A DNA stretch of 56,916 nucleotides from Clostridia bacterium (GTDB lineage Bacteria; Bacillota; Clostridia; TANB77; CAG-508), in contig JAAWFD010000005.1 in NCBI GenBank assembly GCA_022794615.1, positions 1 through 56,916 on the forward strand. Reading direction: 5' to 3'. Positions 30,179 through 41,654 of this stretch are shown piece after piece. Made by a program: the position numbers and the translations under genes. Below the pieces are notes generated by a model. The model worked only from the letters and a program-made list of their open reading frames with translations, made no database searches and was not told where the DNA came from. How positions within the stretch are numbered: the stretch's first letter is position 1; each line of letters opens with the position of its first letter.

Positions 30179-31148
30179 TGTTTTTATACCTCTCACCATA
30201 CCAATCAAGTGTTTTTACTATTCCTTCTTCAAAATCTATTTTTGGCTCAAATTCAAGAAGCTCTCTAGCCTTTTTAGATGATGCACATAATCTTTTTACA
30301 TCAGCAGTTCTTGCTTCATTATATTGAATTTCGCTTTTATAATCATAATATTTACATATATTTTCTATAATACTCTTTATAGTTAATTCTTTGCCAGAAC
30401 CTAAATTTATTATTTGTCCTTGAGTTTTTTCTCCATTTTCGTAAGCAAGTAGTAATCCTCTTACTGTATCTTCAACATATATGTAATCTCTTGTTTGTTC
30501 TCCAGTTCCTTCAATAACTGGTTTTTCGCCATTAAAAATTCTTTTAGCAGTTATAGGAATAATCCCAGCTAAATTCCCATCATTTTGTCTTGGTCCATAA
30601 TTATTAAATGGTCTTATTATTGTTATATCAAATTTATAAACATTGTAAAATGATTTTATTAATAAATCTGCTGCTGCTTTTCCAGCTGCATAAGGAGTAG
30701 TTGGATTCATTGGATGATTTTCATCCATTGGTGCATATTGTGCTGTTCCATATGCTTCTGATGAAGACATGTGTATTAATGTCTTAAATGCTCCATTTCT
30801 CATTAAATTCATTAATACATCAGCTATTTGTACATTTATCATGTAAGCTCCATGTGGATTAAAGAATGAATATATTAAGGCCATTGTTGCCATATTGTAT
30901 ACAACTTCTATTTCTTCGTTTTTTATAATAGCTTCCATTGCTCCTAAATCTGCTGCACTTTCTTTATATATTTTTATATTATCATAATTTGACATTGCAT
31001 ATTCCAAATTTTCCATTTTACCTACAAAGAAATTATCAACAACTACTACTTTTTTAGCTCCAGCTTTTAATAATGCATCTGTTAAATGGCTTCCTATAAA
31101 TCCTGCTCCACCTGTTACTAATACATTCTTGTCTTTTATACTTCTCAT
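30171..31148 (-). CDS. NAD-dependent nucleotide-sugar epimerase/dehydratase (extended SDR)
   Basis: 'GGAGFIGSHL', 'SSSEAYG', YxxxK 'YAAGK', 'RPFNNYGPRQ', 'RDYIYVED'. Confidence 0.92.
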   Translation of the reverse strand: MRSIKDKNVLVTGGAGFIGSHLTDALLKAGAKKVVVVDNFFVGKMENLEYAMSNYDNIKIYKESAADLGAMEAIIKNEEIEVVYNMATMALIYSFFNPHGAYMINVQIADVLMNLMRNGAFKTLIHMSSSEAYGTAQYAPMDENHPMNPTTPYAAGKAAADLLIKSFYNVYKFDITIIRPFNNYGPRQNDGNLAGIIPITAKRIFNGEKPVIEGTGEQTRDYIYVEDTVRGLLLAYENGEKTQGQIINLGSGKELTIKSIIENICKYYDYKSEIQYNEARTADVKRLCASSKKARELLEFEPKIDFEEGIVKTLDWYGERYKNNE

Positions 31149-32377
31149 TATTTTCCCTCCACTATTTTTTCTTTTAGTTCTACTATTTTATTTATTACAT
31201 ATTCTTGGTCTTCATCTGTCATTTGAACATATAATGGTAATGTTATAGATAGGCTGTCTGCTTTATATGCTCCATCAAAGTCTTTTGACTTATATCCAAA
31301 TTTTTCTTTATAATATCCTAACATATGAACAGCATGTGTTCCTACTCTTGTTGCTATTTTATTTTCTTCTAATTTTTCCATTAATTCATTTCTAAATTCA
31401 TGTGCTTCTTCTACTGTCATATTTAGCTTTTCATTATCAATCATACATACAAATGATTGATATGTATGATAATAATTTTCAGGTACTACTGGTGGATTGA
31501 TAAAGTCTACTTTCTCCAGTAGTTTTCTATATAAATCTGCTTTTGTTCTTCTTGTTTCTGTTATATATGTCATTTTATCCATTTGTGCAACTCCTACTGC
31601 TGCTTGGATGTCTGTCATTCTATAATTATATCCCAAATCATTAAAATCTGGTAATAAATATCCTGCATTTTTATGTCTTGCTATTTCTGATACGGATGCT
31701 CCATGACTACGAAGTTGGGTTGTTATTTTATATATTTCTTCATCACTTGTTAATATCATTCCACCTTCTCCTGTAGTTATTGATTTTCTTGGATGAAAAC
31801 TTAAACAAGTTGGATTTCCAAATTCACTTTCGTATTTATCTCCAATTTTTGCACCAAAAGCACAAGCACTATCTTCTAATACTTTTAAGTTGTATTTTTT
31901 TGCTATTTCGTTTATTCTTGGTAAATCTGCACATAGCCCAAATAAATTTACTGGCACTAATGTAGTTAATTTGTTTCCTGTCTGTTTGTTTATTAATTCT
32001 CCATTTTTATTTTCATATTTTTCTTGAATTGTTCTTTCTATTTCTTCTACAACAATATTATATGTGGTAGGATGTACATCCACTAATATTGGTGTTGCTC
32101 CAGTATATAATACTGAATTTGCTGTTGCTACAAATGTAAATGCAGGTACTATTACATCTTGACCTTCTCTTACACCTAATGCTACTAATGCTAAATGTAA
32201 TGCAGTTGTACAAGATGTTGTTGCAATTCCATATTTTGTATTTTCATAACTTGCAACCTTTTCTTCAAACTCTTTTACTTTTGGTCCTTGTGCTACCCAT
32301 CCAGAAGCTAGAACTTTTTCTACCTCTCTTTTCTCTTCTTCTCCTATATAGGGAATCATTACTGGTATTTCTTTCAT
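31148..32377 (-). CDS. DegT/DnrJ/EryC1/StrS aminotransferase
   Basis: 'LASGWVAQGP', 'TSCTTALHL', 'EDSACA', 'SFHPRKSITTGEGGM', 'GYNYRMTD'. Confidence 0.93.
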   Translation of the reverse strand: MKEIPVMIPYIGEEEKREVEKVLASGWVAQGPKVKEFEEKVASYENTKYGIATTSCTTALHLALVALGVREGQDVIVPAFTFVATANSVLYTGATPILVDVHPTTYNIVVEEIERTIQEKYENKNGELINKQTGNKLTTLVPVNLFGLCADLPRINEIAKKYNLKVLEDSACAFGAKIGDKYESEFGNPTCLSFHPRKSITTGEGGMILTSDEEIYKITTQLRSHGASVSEIARHKNAGYLLPDFNDLGYNYRMTDIQAAVGVAQMDKMTYITETRRTKADLYRKLLEKVDFINPPVVPENYYHTYQSFVCMIDNEKLNMTVEEAHEFRNELMEKLEENKIATRVGTHAVHMLGYYKEKFGYKSKDFDGAYKADSLSITLPLYVQMTDEDQEYVINKIVELKEKIVEGK

Positions 32378-32432
32378 TTCTATTTACCTCCTAGTTTTTA
32401 TACTATATGAGCCTCTTTCTCTCAGCTTTATT

Positions 32433-33371
32433 TTATTCTATCTTTTCCACTCTGTCAACTATAAATGCTGGTCTGTTTCTAGTTGAATCTAAAATTCTCC
32501 ATATATATTCTGCTACTATCCCTAATGATATATTTGTAATTCCAAATCCTAACAAGACAACAACAAGTAGTGTTGGATATCCCATTGGCATTTGATTATT
32601 TACAAATATTTTGTAAATAATTGTAAATATTGCTATTAATACACTTATTACTGACATTATTATTCCTATTATGCTTACAGCTCTAATAGGCATATATGAG
32701 AAATTAACAAAAGAATCTATAAATAATTTAATTCGTTTAGAAAATGTCCACTTTGATTTTCCATTTTTTCTTGCATTTAAAGAATATGGTATAAATTCTT
32801 TTTTAAATCCCATATCTAGTATTTGCAACATTATTGAAGAGTTTTTTTCTATATTATTATTTAATATTTCTTTAGCTTGTCCATTAAACATCAATGTATT
32901 AGCACCTTCAACTGGAAAATCTTTTACAGCATATTTTTTTATTAATTTTGAATAAGAGTTTGAAAATAATTTTTCAATTTTTCCAATACTAACATTTTCT
33001 TTATATGCACATACTACTTGTGCTCCTTGCTGGATTTTTTCATACATTCGTGTTATTACACTAAATGGCTCTTGTAAATCAGCACTGAAAAATGTACATA
33101 TATCATTGGTAGCATTTTGTATACCAGCTCTTATTGCATTATGTGAACCATAATTTTTAGATAACTTAACAATCTTTGCATCAAAATTCTCAAAGTTTTG
33201 TTTTTTCAATACTTCTATGGAATTATCTGTTGAACCATCATCTACAAAAACTACTTCTGCATGAAATTCTGCTTGTTTACAATTTTCATTTAAATAATTT
33301 ACTAATTCTTCTATATTATCTTCTTCATTTAAGAATGGGATTACTATTGATATATTATCTGACATATTCAT
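32433..33371 (-). CDS. GT2 polyprenyl-phosphate glycosyltransferase (ArnC/GtrB-like)
   Basis: 'PFLNEEDN', 'DDGSTD', 'LSKNYGSH.A', 'ADLQEP', 'R..GKSKWTF', C-terminal TMs, 'G..AEYIWR'. Confidence 0.88.
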   Translation of the reverse strand: MNMSDNISIVIPFLNEEDNIEELVNYLNENCKQAEFHAEVVFVDDGSTDNSIEVLKKQNFENFDAKIVKLSKNYGSHNAIRAGIQNATNDICTFFSADLQEPFSVITRMYEKIQQGAQVVCAYKENVSIGKIEKLFSNSYSKLIKKYAVKDFPVEGANTLMFNGQAKEILNNNIEKNSSIMLQILDMGFKKEFIPYSLNARKNGKSKWTFSKRIKLFIDSFVNFSYMPIRAVSIIGIIMSVISVLIAIFTIIYKIFVNNQMPMGYPTLLVVVLLGFGITNISLGIVAEYIWRILDSTRNRPAFIVDRVEKIE

Positions 33372-33372
33372 A

Positions 33373-33915
33373 TTATTTTACCTCTATTGTTTTTTTACAT
33401 TCGCTACAATACATATTATTATCTAACCTGTTTCCACATTTGCATACATATCCTATTTTTCTTGCTGGATTTCCAACAACTAAAGAATATGGTTCAACAT
33501 CTTTAGTGACTACACTTCCTGAGCCTATCATTGAATATTCTCCAATTGTATTTCCACATACTATTGTGGCATTTGCACCAATAGATGCTCCTTTTTTTAC
33601 TAATGTTTTTGTTACTTTCCATTCTTTGTTGAATGCTCTTGGATAAAAGTCATTAGTAAATGTCATTGATGGTCCGCAAAACACATCATCTTCTATTGTA
33701 ACACCATGATATACATTTACATTATTTTGAATTTTTACATTGTTTCCAATTGTAACATCTGAATCTATGTATACATTTTTACTAATTATACAGTTTTCAC
33801 CAATACTAGCATTTTCTCTTACTTGTGCTAAATTCCATACTTTTGTATTTTTTCCAATGTTGGCTTTATCACTTACTTCTGCTGTGCCATGTATATACAC
33901 ATTTTCACCTTTCAT
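33373..33915 (-). CDS. Hexapeptide N-acyltransferase (WbpD/WlbB-like)
   Basis: 'IGKNTKVW', 'KIQNNV', 'FTND.YPR', 'GASIGANATIVCG', 'VVGNPAR..G.VC.CG'. Confidence 0.88.
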   Translation of the reverse strand: MKGENVYIHGTAEVSDKANIGKNTKVWNLAQVRENASIGENCIISKNVYIDSDVTIGNNVKIQNNVNVYHGVTIEDDVFCGPSMTFTNDFYPRAFNKEWKVTKTLVKKGASIGANATIVCGNTIGEYSMIGSGSVVTKDVEPYSLVVGNPARKIGYVCKCGNRLDNNMYCSECKKTIEVK

Positions 33916-33935
33916 TTATCTTACACTTCCTTATT

Positions 33936-34913
33936 TTAATATCTCTTTTTTAGTTCTACTAAATTTATCTTTTCTGCAAGCTCTACTGCTTTTGTTGCAT
34001 CTTTACCTGATGTTAATGGAGTTCTTCCTTCTATTATTGCCTTAGCAAATTCTAAATGTTCTGCTCTTAATGGTTCTACATTAGGTAACATTATTTTTTC
34101 TATTATATTTTCTTGCTTATATGTTGGTACATATCCTACATTTAAATCAAATGTTGTTTTTCTGGATACAGTTAGTGTTCTATTTAATAGGTCTGCTCTT
34201 ATAAAACATTTTTTAGTATGAATATCTATGGTTCTTACTTTGTCCTCTGTTACACGACTTGCTATAAGTGATGATATTGTTCCATTTGTATGTTGTGCAA
34301 CTGCTTGTACATAGTCAGCTCTATTATTACTCATAACATTTACTGCTGTAGATGTTATATTTTCTATTGGCGTTATATTTAAATAATTAAATACTATATC
34401 AATGTCATGTATCATTAAGTCATATATAACATTTGTGTCTGATATTCTTGGGTCAAATGGACTGCATCTTCTTGCTTCTATAGCTATTATTTCTTCGTTA
34501 TCTATTATTTTTTTTAATTCTGATACAACTGAATTATATCTTTCTACATGTCCTACCATTAGTCTAACATTATTTTTTTCAAACTCTTCACATAACATTT
34601 TTCCATCTTCTTCACTTAATGCTATTGGCTTTTCTATTAATGCATGTACTTTATGTTTTGCTACCATTAAACCTATTTCTTTATGTAATGATGATGGCAC
34701 TGCTATTATAACTGCATCAACATTATTAAGTAGTTCTTCTATTTCTTTATAATACTTTATTTTATATGTTTCTTCTGCAAATTTTATGTTTTCTTCCATT
34801 TTATCTGAAAACCCTACAAGTTCAAAATCTTTATTTAATTCCTTTAGCACTCTTAAATGGTTTCTTCCCATATGTCCTGTACCTATTACACCTATTTTTA
34901 TCATATTTAACAC
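33936..34913 (-). CDS. Gfo/Idh/MocA oxidoreductase (WbpB/WlbA/GnnA-like)
   Basis: 'GTGHMG', 'LIEKPIA', 'VGHVERYN', 'DLMIHDID', 'ASRVT..KVR'. Confidence 0.88.
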   Translation of the reverse strand: MLNMIKIGVIGTGHMGRNHLRVLKELNKDFELVGFSDKMEENIKFAEETYKIKYYKEIEELLNNVDAVIIAVPSSLHKEIGLMVAKHKVHALIEKPIALSEEDGKMLCEEFEKNNVRLMVGHVERYNSVVSELKKIIDNEEIIAIEARRCSPFDPRISDTNVIYDLMIHDIDIVFNYLNITPIENITSTAVNVMSNNRADYVQAVAQHTNGTISSLIASRVTEDKVRTIDIHTKKCFIRADLLNRTLTVSRKTTFDLNVGYVPTYKQENIIEKIMLPNVEPLRAEHLEFAKAIIEGRTPLTSGKDATKAVELAEKINLVELKKRY

Positions 34914-36110
34914 CTACATCTTTTCAAAAAATTTTTTTATCATATCTACTATATATTGTAATTCTTCTTGTGTTAGTTCTGGAAATATTGGTAAGCACAC
35001 GGTCTCTTTTGATAGTCTTTCTGAAACAGGTAAACTTCCTTCTTTATATCCTAAATATTTGAATGCTTCTTGTAAATGTAGTGGTATTGGATAAAATGCT
35101 CCTGTTCCTACTCCATTGTCTGACAAAAATTTTCCTAATTCATCTTTGTATTTTGTTTTTATTACAAATTGATGCCATACATCTTTTCTATCTGTTAATT
35201 CTTGTTGTAATACTATATCTCCTACTCCTTTTAGGTTTTCTAAATAGAATTTAGCATTTTGTGTTCTTTTTGCATTCCACTTGTCTAAATGTTTTAGTTT
35301 TGTTCTTAATACTACTGCTTGTATAGAATCTAATCTAGAATTATATGCTATTAAATAATTGTAATATTTGTATGGGTTATATAATGGGTCTTCTTCTTTT
35401 AATTCTTTTAATGCTTCTACATTTCCTTCTAATATATTTTTTGCTTGTAGCCCATTCTTACCTCCTGCATGTTCCCTTAATGCTTTACATATAACTGATA
35501 ATTGCTCATCATTTGTTGTTATTAATCCTGCATCTCCAAATGCTCCTAAGTTTTTTGTTGGAAAGAATGAAAAACAAGCTATATCTCCTAATGCTCCCGC
35601 CTTTATATTTTTATATTCTGCCCCTATTGCTTGGCATGCATCTTCTATTACTTTTAAATTGTATTTCTTTGCAATCCTCATTATTTCATCCATATTTGCC
35701 ATTCTTCCAAATATATGAACTGGTAATATTGCTTTTGTTTTACTTGTTATTTTTTCTTCAATTTTGGTTACATCTATGTTTAAGTTTTCATAGTCTACAT
35801 CTACAAATACTGGTGTTGCTCCTACACTAGCTATACTTTCTGCTGTTGCAAAAAATGTAAATGGTGTGGTTATTACTTCATCCCCTTCTTTTACTCCACA
35901 TGCCTCTAATGCTATTACTAATGCATCTGTTCCATTTCCTACAGTTATAGCATTTTTACATCCTATATACTCACATAGTTCTTCTTCTAATGTTGAAACT
36001 TCTTTACCCATAACATAATTTCCTGATTGTAATGTTTCTAAAATTCGTGGCTCTAATTCTTCTTTAAAATCTGCATATTGTCTTTGTAAATTTAATATTG
36101 GCACTTTCAT
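34914..36110 (-). CDS. DegT family aminotransferase (WbpE/WlbC/GnnB-like)
   Basis: 'NGTDAL', 'TPFTFFATAE', 'EDACQAIGA', 'SFFPTKNLGAFGDAG', 'NSRLD'. Confidence 0.92.
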   Translation of the reverse strand: MKVPILNLQRQYADFKEELEPRILETLQSGNYVMGKEVSTLEEELCEYIGCKNAITVGNGTDALVIALEACGVKEGDEVITTPFTFFATAESIASVGATPVFVDVDYENLNIDVTKIEEKITSKTKAILPVHIFGRMANMDEIMRIAKKYNLKVIEDACQAIGAEYKNIKAGALGDIACFSFFPTKNLGAFGDAGLITTNDEQLSVICKALREHAGGKNGLQAKNILEGNVEALKELKEEDPLYNPYKYYNYLIAYNSRLDSIQAVVLRTKLKHLDKWNAKRTQNAKFYLENLKGVGDIVLQQELTDRKDVWHQFVIKTKYKDELGKFLSDNGVGTGAFYPIPLHLQEAFKYLGYKEGSLPVSERLSKETVCLPIFPELTQEELQYIVDMIKKFFEKM

Positions 36111-36159
36111 TTTTTATTCCTCCTATTTCTTTATTTAATTAAAATATATTTAGATTTAA

Positions 36160-37659
36160 TTAATAACTAACCATATACAATGTGTCTTTTACAAATATAA
36201 GTTGTTCTTCACTAAATTCACTCCAGTCTTTTCCTTTTATATAAGTATTATATACATCATCATCCATTGGTACTATTTCAAAGTCTTTTCCATAGTAATG
36301 CCATATTACATCTTTCCAAGACCATGAAACTGTTAACGCTCTTCCTAAACAGTCTATATTTACATTTGGTTGATTTGGTATCCACCATGTATAATTTTCA
36401 TCGTAGCAATATGAAAATTTTGTTACTTCTATATTATTTGTTAGTTCGTATTCTTCTATTGCCCTCATTACTTTTCCTGCAATATATTTGTCATAATCAT
36501 TAATTCTAACTATTGCATCCACTAATCTATATGATAGATTTACTAGTACAAATATATATCCTCCTATTATTATTCCAATTAGTAATCTAAGCATTGAATT
36601 TATATCAATGTAATTAATTCCCATAAACAATAATATTAACCAAGGAATTGTTGAAATTGTTAGTATTGTTCTTGGTACAATACTTACTGTTGATACAATA
36701 TATGGTATTAATGCCGCAATTGATGTCATTACTATTGCTCCTACTATACATATAGACATATTCCAAAAATTCTTCTTATCTTTTTTTATTATATATATGA
36801 ATGTTATTGCTAAAAATAATACTATTATTCCCCAAAAAAAGAATTTCGGAAAAAATCCATATGAGTCTATCCATATTGTTTGTTGTGCTTCAAATATTCT
36901 TTTTATTCCTTCGCCTAAAGTTATTGATTCATATCGGTTGGTATCAGTTATATTTATTAATATTAGATTTGATATACATGAGATTCCATATATTATTCCT
37001 ATTATAAAATATCTTTTTATATTTTGAATTAATGGTTCATTTTTATATTTATATCCTAATAATATCATGCCTAACCCTATAAATAGTGGTCCTATTCCTT
37101 GATAAATGCACAGTCCTATCATATTTAATATAGTCGATATGCATATATTTCTAATAGTTAATTCTTTCAATAGTATTCTTACTGCATATATTACTATAAT
37201 ATATTGTATTGATAAACTTGTCATTACATTGTATACAAACAATTCAAAACTAAAAGCATTAAAAATAATTAAGAATGATGCTAGTCCTGTTATCCATATA
37301 CTTTTTGTCTTGTTTTTTGTTAATTCTTCACATGTTTTATATAACAGTATTGTGGCTATTATTAATATTACAATTGATAAGAAATTAAATAGTCCTTGAT
37401 TCGCCATCATATTTAAACCTATCATATTTACATAGAATAAGAACATATCGCTTAATGGTCTTCCTGATATTGAGTTTACTACACTTCCTAGCATGTCTCT
37501 TGAATATACATCATTTTTTGGATTTATTAATAAGTATGAATCTGGTGTCATATGAAATTTAAAAAATGGTCCTATACATAAAAATCCTAATAATACAATT
37601 GCTAGATATAATCCTACTTCTTTCTTGTTTTTCTTTAGTACTTCAATTAATTTATTCAT
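36160..37659 (-). CDS. Polytopic GT-C-type glycosyltransferase (Glucos_trans_II/GtrII-like)
   Basis: 'TPDSY' in first loop, 'SGRP', 'L..YQ' motif, about 10 TMs, 'PRT', extracellular C-terminal domain. Confidence 0.75.
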   Translation of the reverse strand: MNKLIEVLKKNKKEVGLYLAIVLLGFLCIGPFFKFHMTPDSYLLINPKNDVYSRDMLGSVVNSISGRPLSDMFLFYVNMIGLNMMANQGLFNFLSIVILIIATILLYKTCEELTKNKTKSIWITGLASFLIIFNAFSFELFVYNVMTSLSIQYIIVIYAVRILLKELTIRNICISTILNMIGLCIYQGIGPLFIGLGMILLGYKYKNEPLIQNIKRYFIIGIIYGISCISNLILINITDTNRYESITLGEGIKRIFEAQQTIWIDSYGFFPKFFFWGIIVLFLAITFIYIIKKDKKNFWNMSICIVGAIVMTSIAALIPYIVSTVSIVPRTILTISTIPWLILLFMGINYIDINSMLRLLIGIIIGGYIFVLVNLSYRLVDAIVRINDYDKYIAGKVMRAIEEYELTNNIEVTKFSYCYDENYTWWIPNQPNVNIDCLGRALTVSWSWKDVIWHYYGKDFEIVPMDDDVYNTYIKGKDWSEFSEEQLIFVKDTLYMVSY

Positions 37660-37857
37660 TTTTTTACAACTCCTATTATTTTTTTACTATATCATATTTA
37701 ACATAATCAATCAAGTCGTTTTTTTTAATTTATGAAATTCGTCGTGTATGTTTATAAACATAGATACATTGTTTTAAATTTTAAATTTATAAAATTAACT
37801 TTTTAATGTTGTTTTGTATCTATCAATTATATTATGGTAAAAATAGTAAAAAAATAT

Positions 37858-37895
37858 TCCTGATATTGTAGTTTTTAGTTCCTACAACATCAGGA
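37858..37895 (-). terminator. Terminator downstream of thrS
   Basis: TCCTGAT-ATTGTAG / CTACAA-CATCAGGA arms; A-run on the plus strand gives a U-tract on minus. Confidence 0.6.
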
Positions 37896-37999
37896 TAAAT
37901 TACTCTTAAATAATTCTTTCTATTTTTAAATTTTGTATCTTTTAGATTTTATCTTTCCTGGTAAATATAGACATATTATAACTTATTCTTTTTGTAGAT

Positions 38000-39919
38000 T
38001 TATATTGTAAAATTTTCTATTTCTTCTTTTATTTTGTTTACAAAATCATTTAAGTTCATTGCACCTATATCTCCATCTTTTCTTGAGCGAACTCCTACAC
38101 TGTGACTTTCTTCTTCTTTATCTCCTACTACTAACATATATGGTACTTTTTCAAGTTGTGCTTCACGAATTTTGTATCCGATTTTTTCATTTCTTTCATC
38201 AATCTCTACTCTTAATCCTACTTCTTCAAGCTCTTGTTTTAGTTTATTAGCATATTCTAAATGTTTTTCTGATATTGGTAATATCTTCGCTTGTACTGGT
38301 GCAAGCCATACTGGAAATGCTCCTGCAAAGTGTTCTGTTATTATTCCTATAAATCTTTCGAATGAACCAAATAATGCTCTGTGTATTAATATTGGAGTTT
38401 TCTTTTCTCCATCTTTATCTATATAACTCATATTGAAACGAAGTGGTAATTGAAAGTCTACTTGTACTGTTCCCATTTGCCATTCTCTTCCTAGACAGTC
38501 CTTCATTTTTATATCAATTTTTGGTCCGTAGAAAGCTCCATCTCCTTCGTTTATTCTGTAATTTGATTTTCCGCATATTTCATCTAATACATCTCTTAAA
38601 TTTGCTTCTGCTTTATTCCAAAGTTCTAATTCGCCCATGTAATCATCTGGTCTTGTTGATAGTGTTAATTCAAAATCTAATTTGAATATGTCATATAGTT
38701 CTTTTGCTATACTTATTATATTTTTTATTTCTGAGCCAATTTGGTCTTCACATATAAAGTTGTGAGCATCATCTTGTCTAAACATTCTTACACGGAATAA
38801 TCCATTTAGCTGACCTGATTTTTCGTTTCTATGGATTACATCAATATCATTAAATCTTAGTGGTAAATCTTTATAACTTCTTAGTTTTGATTGGAATATT
38901 TTTATTGCATTTGGACAGTTCATTGGTTTTAATGCTTGCTCGTTTCCATCAGAATCTGTTAGTACAAACATATCCTCTTTATAATGGTCCCAATGTCCTG
39001 ATGTTTTCCAAAGTACACTACTGTTTAATTGAGGTCCTGAGAATTCTTGATATCCATTTTCTTTGTGTATTTTTCTCCACATATCAATTAAGATATTCAT
39101 CATTGTAAATCCTTTTGGTAACCAATATGCCATTCCTGGTGCTGTTTCATCAAAGAAAAATAAGTCTAATTCTTTTCCAAGCTTTCTATGGTCTCTCTTT
39201 TTTGCTTCTTCTATTAGTTGTATATATTCTTCTAATTGGCTTGATTTAGGATATGCTATTCCATATATTCTTTGTAACATTTTGTTGTTTTCATTACCTC
39301 TCCAGTATGCTCCTGATGAAGTTAATATTTTTATTGCTTTTACTTTTCCTGTACTCATTAAGTGTGGTCCTGCACATAAGTCTGTAAATTCTCCTTGTTT
39401 ATAAAATGATATTTCTTCTCCTTCTGGTAAGTCCTCTATTAATTCTACTTTGTAGTCTTCTCCCTTTTCTTTCATAAATTTTATTGCTTCTTCTCTTGGT
39501 AGTGTAAATCTTTCTATTTCTAAATCTTCTTTTATTATTTTTTTCATTTCTTCTTCTATTTTTGCTTTGTCTTCATCTGAAAATGGTTTTTCTATATCAA
39601 AATCATAATAAAATCCATTGTCTATTGATGGTCCTATTGCTAATTTTACATTCGGAAATATTCTTTTTATTGCTTGTGCCATTATGTGTGATGTTGTGTG
39701 CCAATATGCTTTTTTTCCTTCTATTGAACTCTCAAATGTATGTATATTTAATGTGCAATCTTTTTTTATTTGATATCTTAAATCTTTTATTTCTCCATCT
39801 ACTTCTCCACATGTTGCTACTCTTGCTAGTCCTTCGCTTATTTTTTTTGCTACATCTGCTATACTACTTCCTTCTTCTGCTTCTAGTATAGCGCCATCTT
39901 TTAATGTTACTTTTACCAT
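38000..39919 (-). CDS. thrS: Threonine--tRNA ligase
   Basis: TGS domain, 'HTTSHIMAQA', 'DLCAGPH', 'RDHRKLGKEL', 'KPMNCP', 'HRALFGSFERF'. Confidence 0.99.
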   Translation of the reverse strand: MVKVTLKDGAILEAEEGSSIADVAKKISEGLARVATCGEVDGEIKDLRYQIKKDCTLNIHTFESSIEGKKAYWHTTSHIMAQAIKRIFPNVKLAIGPSIDNGFYYDFDIEKPFSDEDKAKIEEEMKKIIKEDLEIERFTLPREEAIKFMKEKGEDYKVELIEDLPEGEEISFYKQGEFTDLCAGPHLMSTGKVKAIKILTSSGAYWRGNENNKMLQRIYGIAYPKSSQLEEYIQLIEEAKKRDHRKLGKELDLFFFDETAPGMAYWLPKGFTMMNILIDMWRKIHKENGYQEFSGPQLNSSVLWKTSGHWDHYKEDMFVLTDSDGNEQALKPMNCPNAIKIFQSKLRSYKDLPLRFNDIDVIHRNEKSGQLNGLFRVRMFRQDDAHNFICEDQIGSEIKNIISIAKELYDIFKLDFELTLSTRPDDYMGELELWNKAEANLRDVLDEICGKSNYRINEGDGAFYGPKIDIKMKDCLGREWQMGTVQVDFQLPLRFNMSYIDKDGEKKTPILIHRALFGSFERFIGIITEHFAGAFPVWLAPVQAKILPISEKHLEYANKLKQELEEVGLRVEIDERNEKIGYKIREAQLEKVPYMLVVGDKEEESHSVGVRSRKDGDIGAMNLNDFVNKIKEEIENFTI

Positions 39920-39964
39920 ATTGGTTCCTCCTTTTTTTGTTTTATTGGAAATGTATTCCTGATT

Positions 39965-40195
39965 AATACAAAAACACCCCTATAGGTATTTTTATATTAT
40001 ACCTATAGGAGTGCTATTTTATTTTTTATATTTTAGCACGGTTCCATCCTATTTTTTTCTTAATTTAGATTATAACGCATCTATACGTCTAGCTTGTTTT
40101 CACTAGAAACTTTAAGAGCTAGTTTTTCAAACATGTTTTCTTGGAATAACTTTCAGCCTCGATTATTCCTCTCTTTTAGTAACCTTTATTTTACT
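39965..40195 (-). promoter_or_regulatory. T-box riboswitch leader of thrS
   Basis: Minus strand: AG box 'AGAGAGG', 'GGCTGAAAG', T-box 'AGGATGGAACCGTG' (40050-40037), terminator hairpin 39975-40012 with U-tract; specifier codon not pinned down. Confidence 0.85.
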
Positions 40196-40272
40196 TTTTC
40201 TCTTAATTGTTTTTTATATTCATTTTTTCTATATTTTTAGTTTACTACTTTTTTTACTTTGTGTCAATATTT

Positions 40273-41565
<1,293 letters not shown>

Positions 41566-41654
41566 TTAAAGGAAATGCTAAACATTTTCTTTTTTCCTTT
41601 TTTGGTATTTTATCCCTTTTTTTATTTCTTATACATTTAGCCTGCTATATAATA

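Noticed and set aside
32395-32432. CATATAGTA upstream of the DegT gene as a sigma-E/sigma-K promoter, implying a spore glycan
   Set aside because: The -35 element and spacing do not fit well, and such short AT-rich matches are frequent by chance here.
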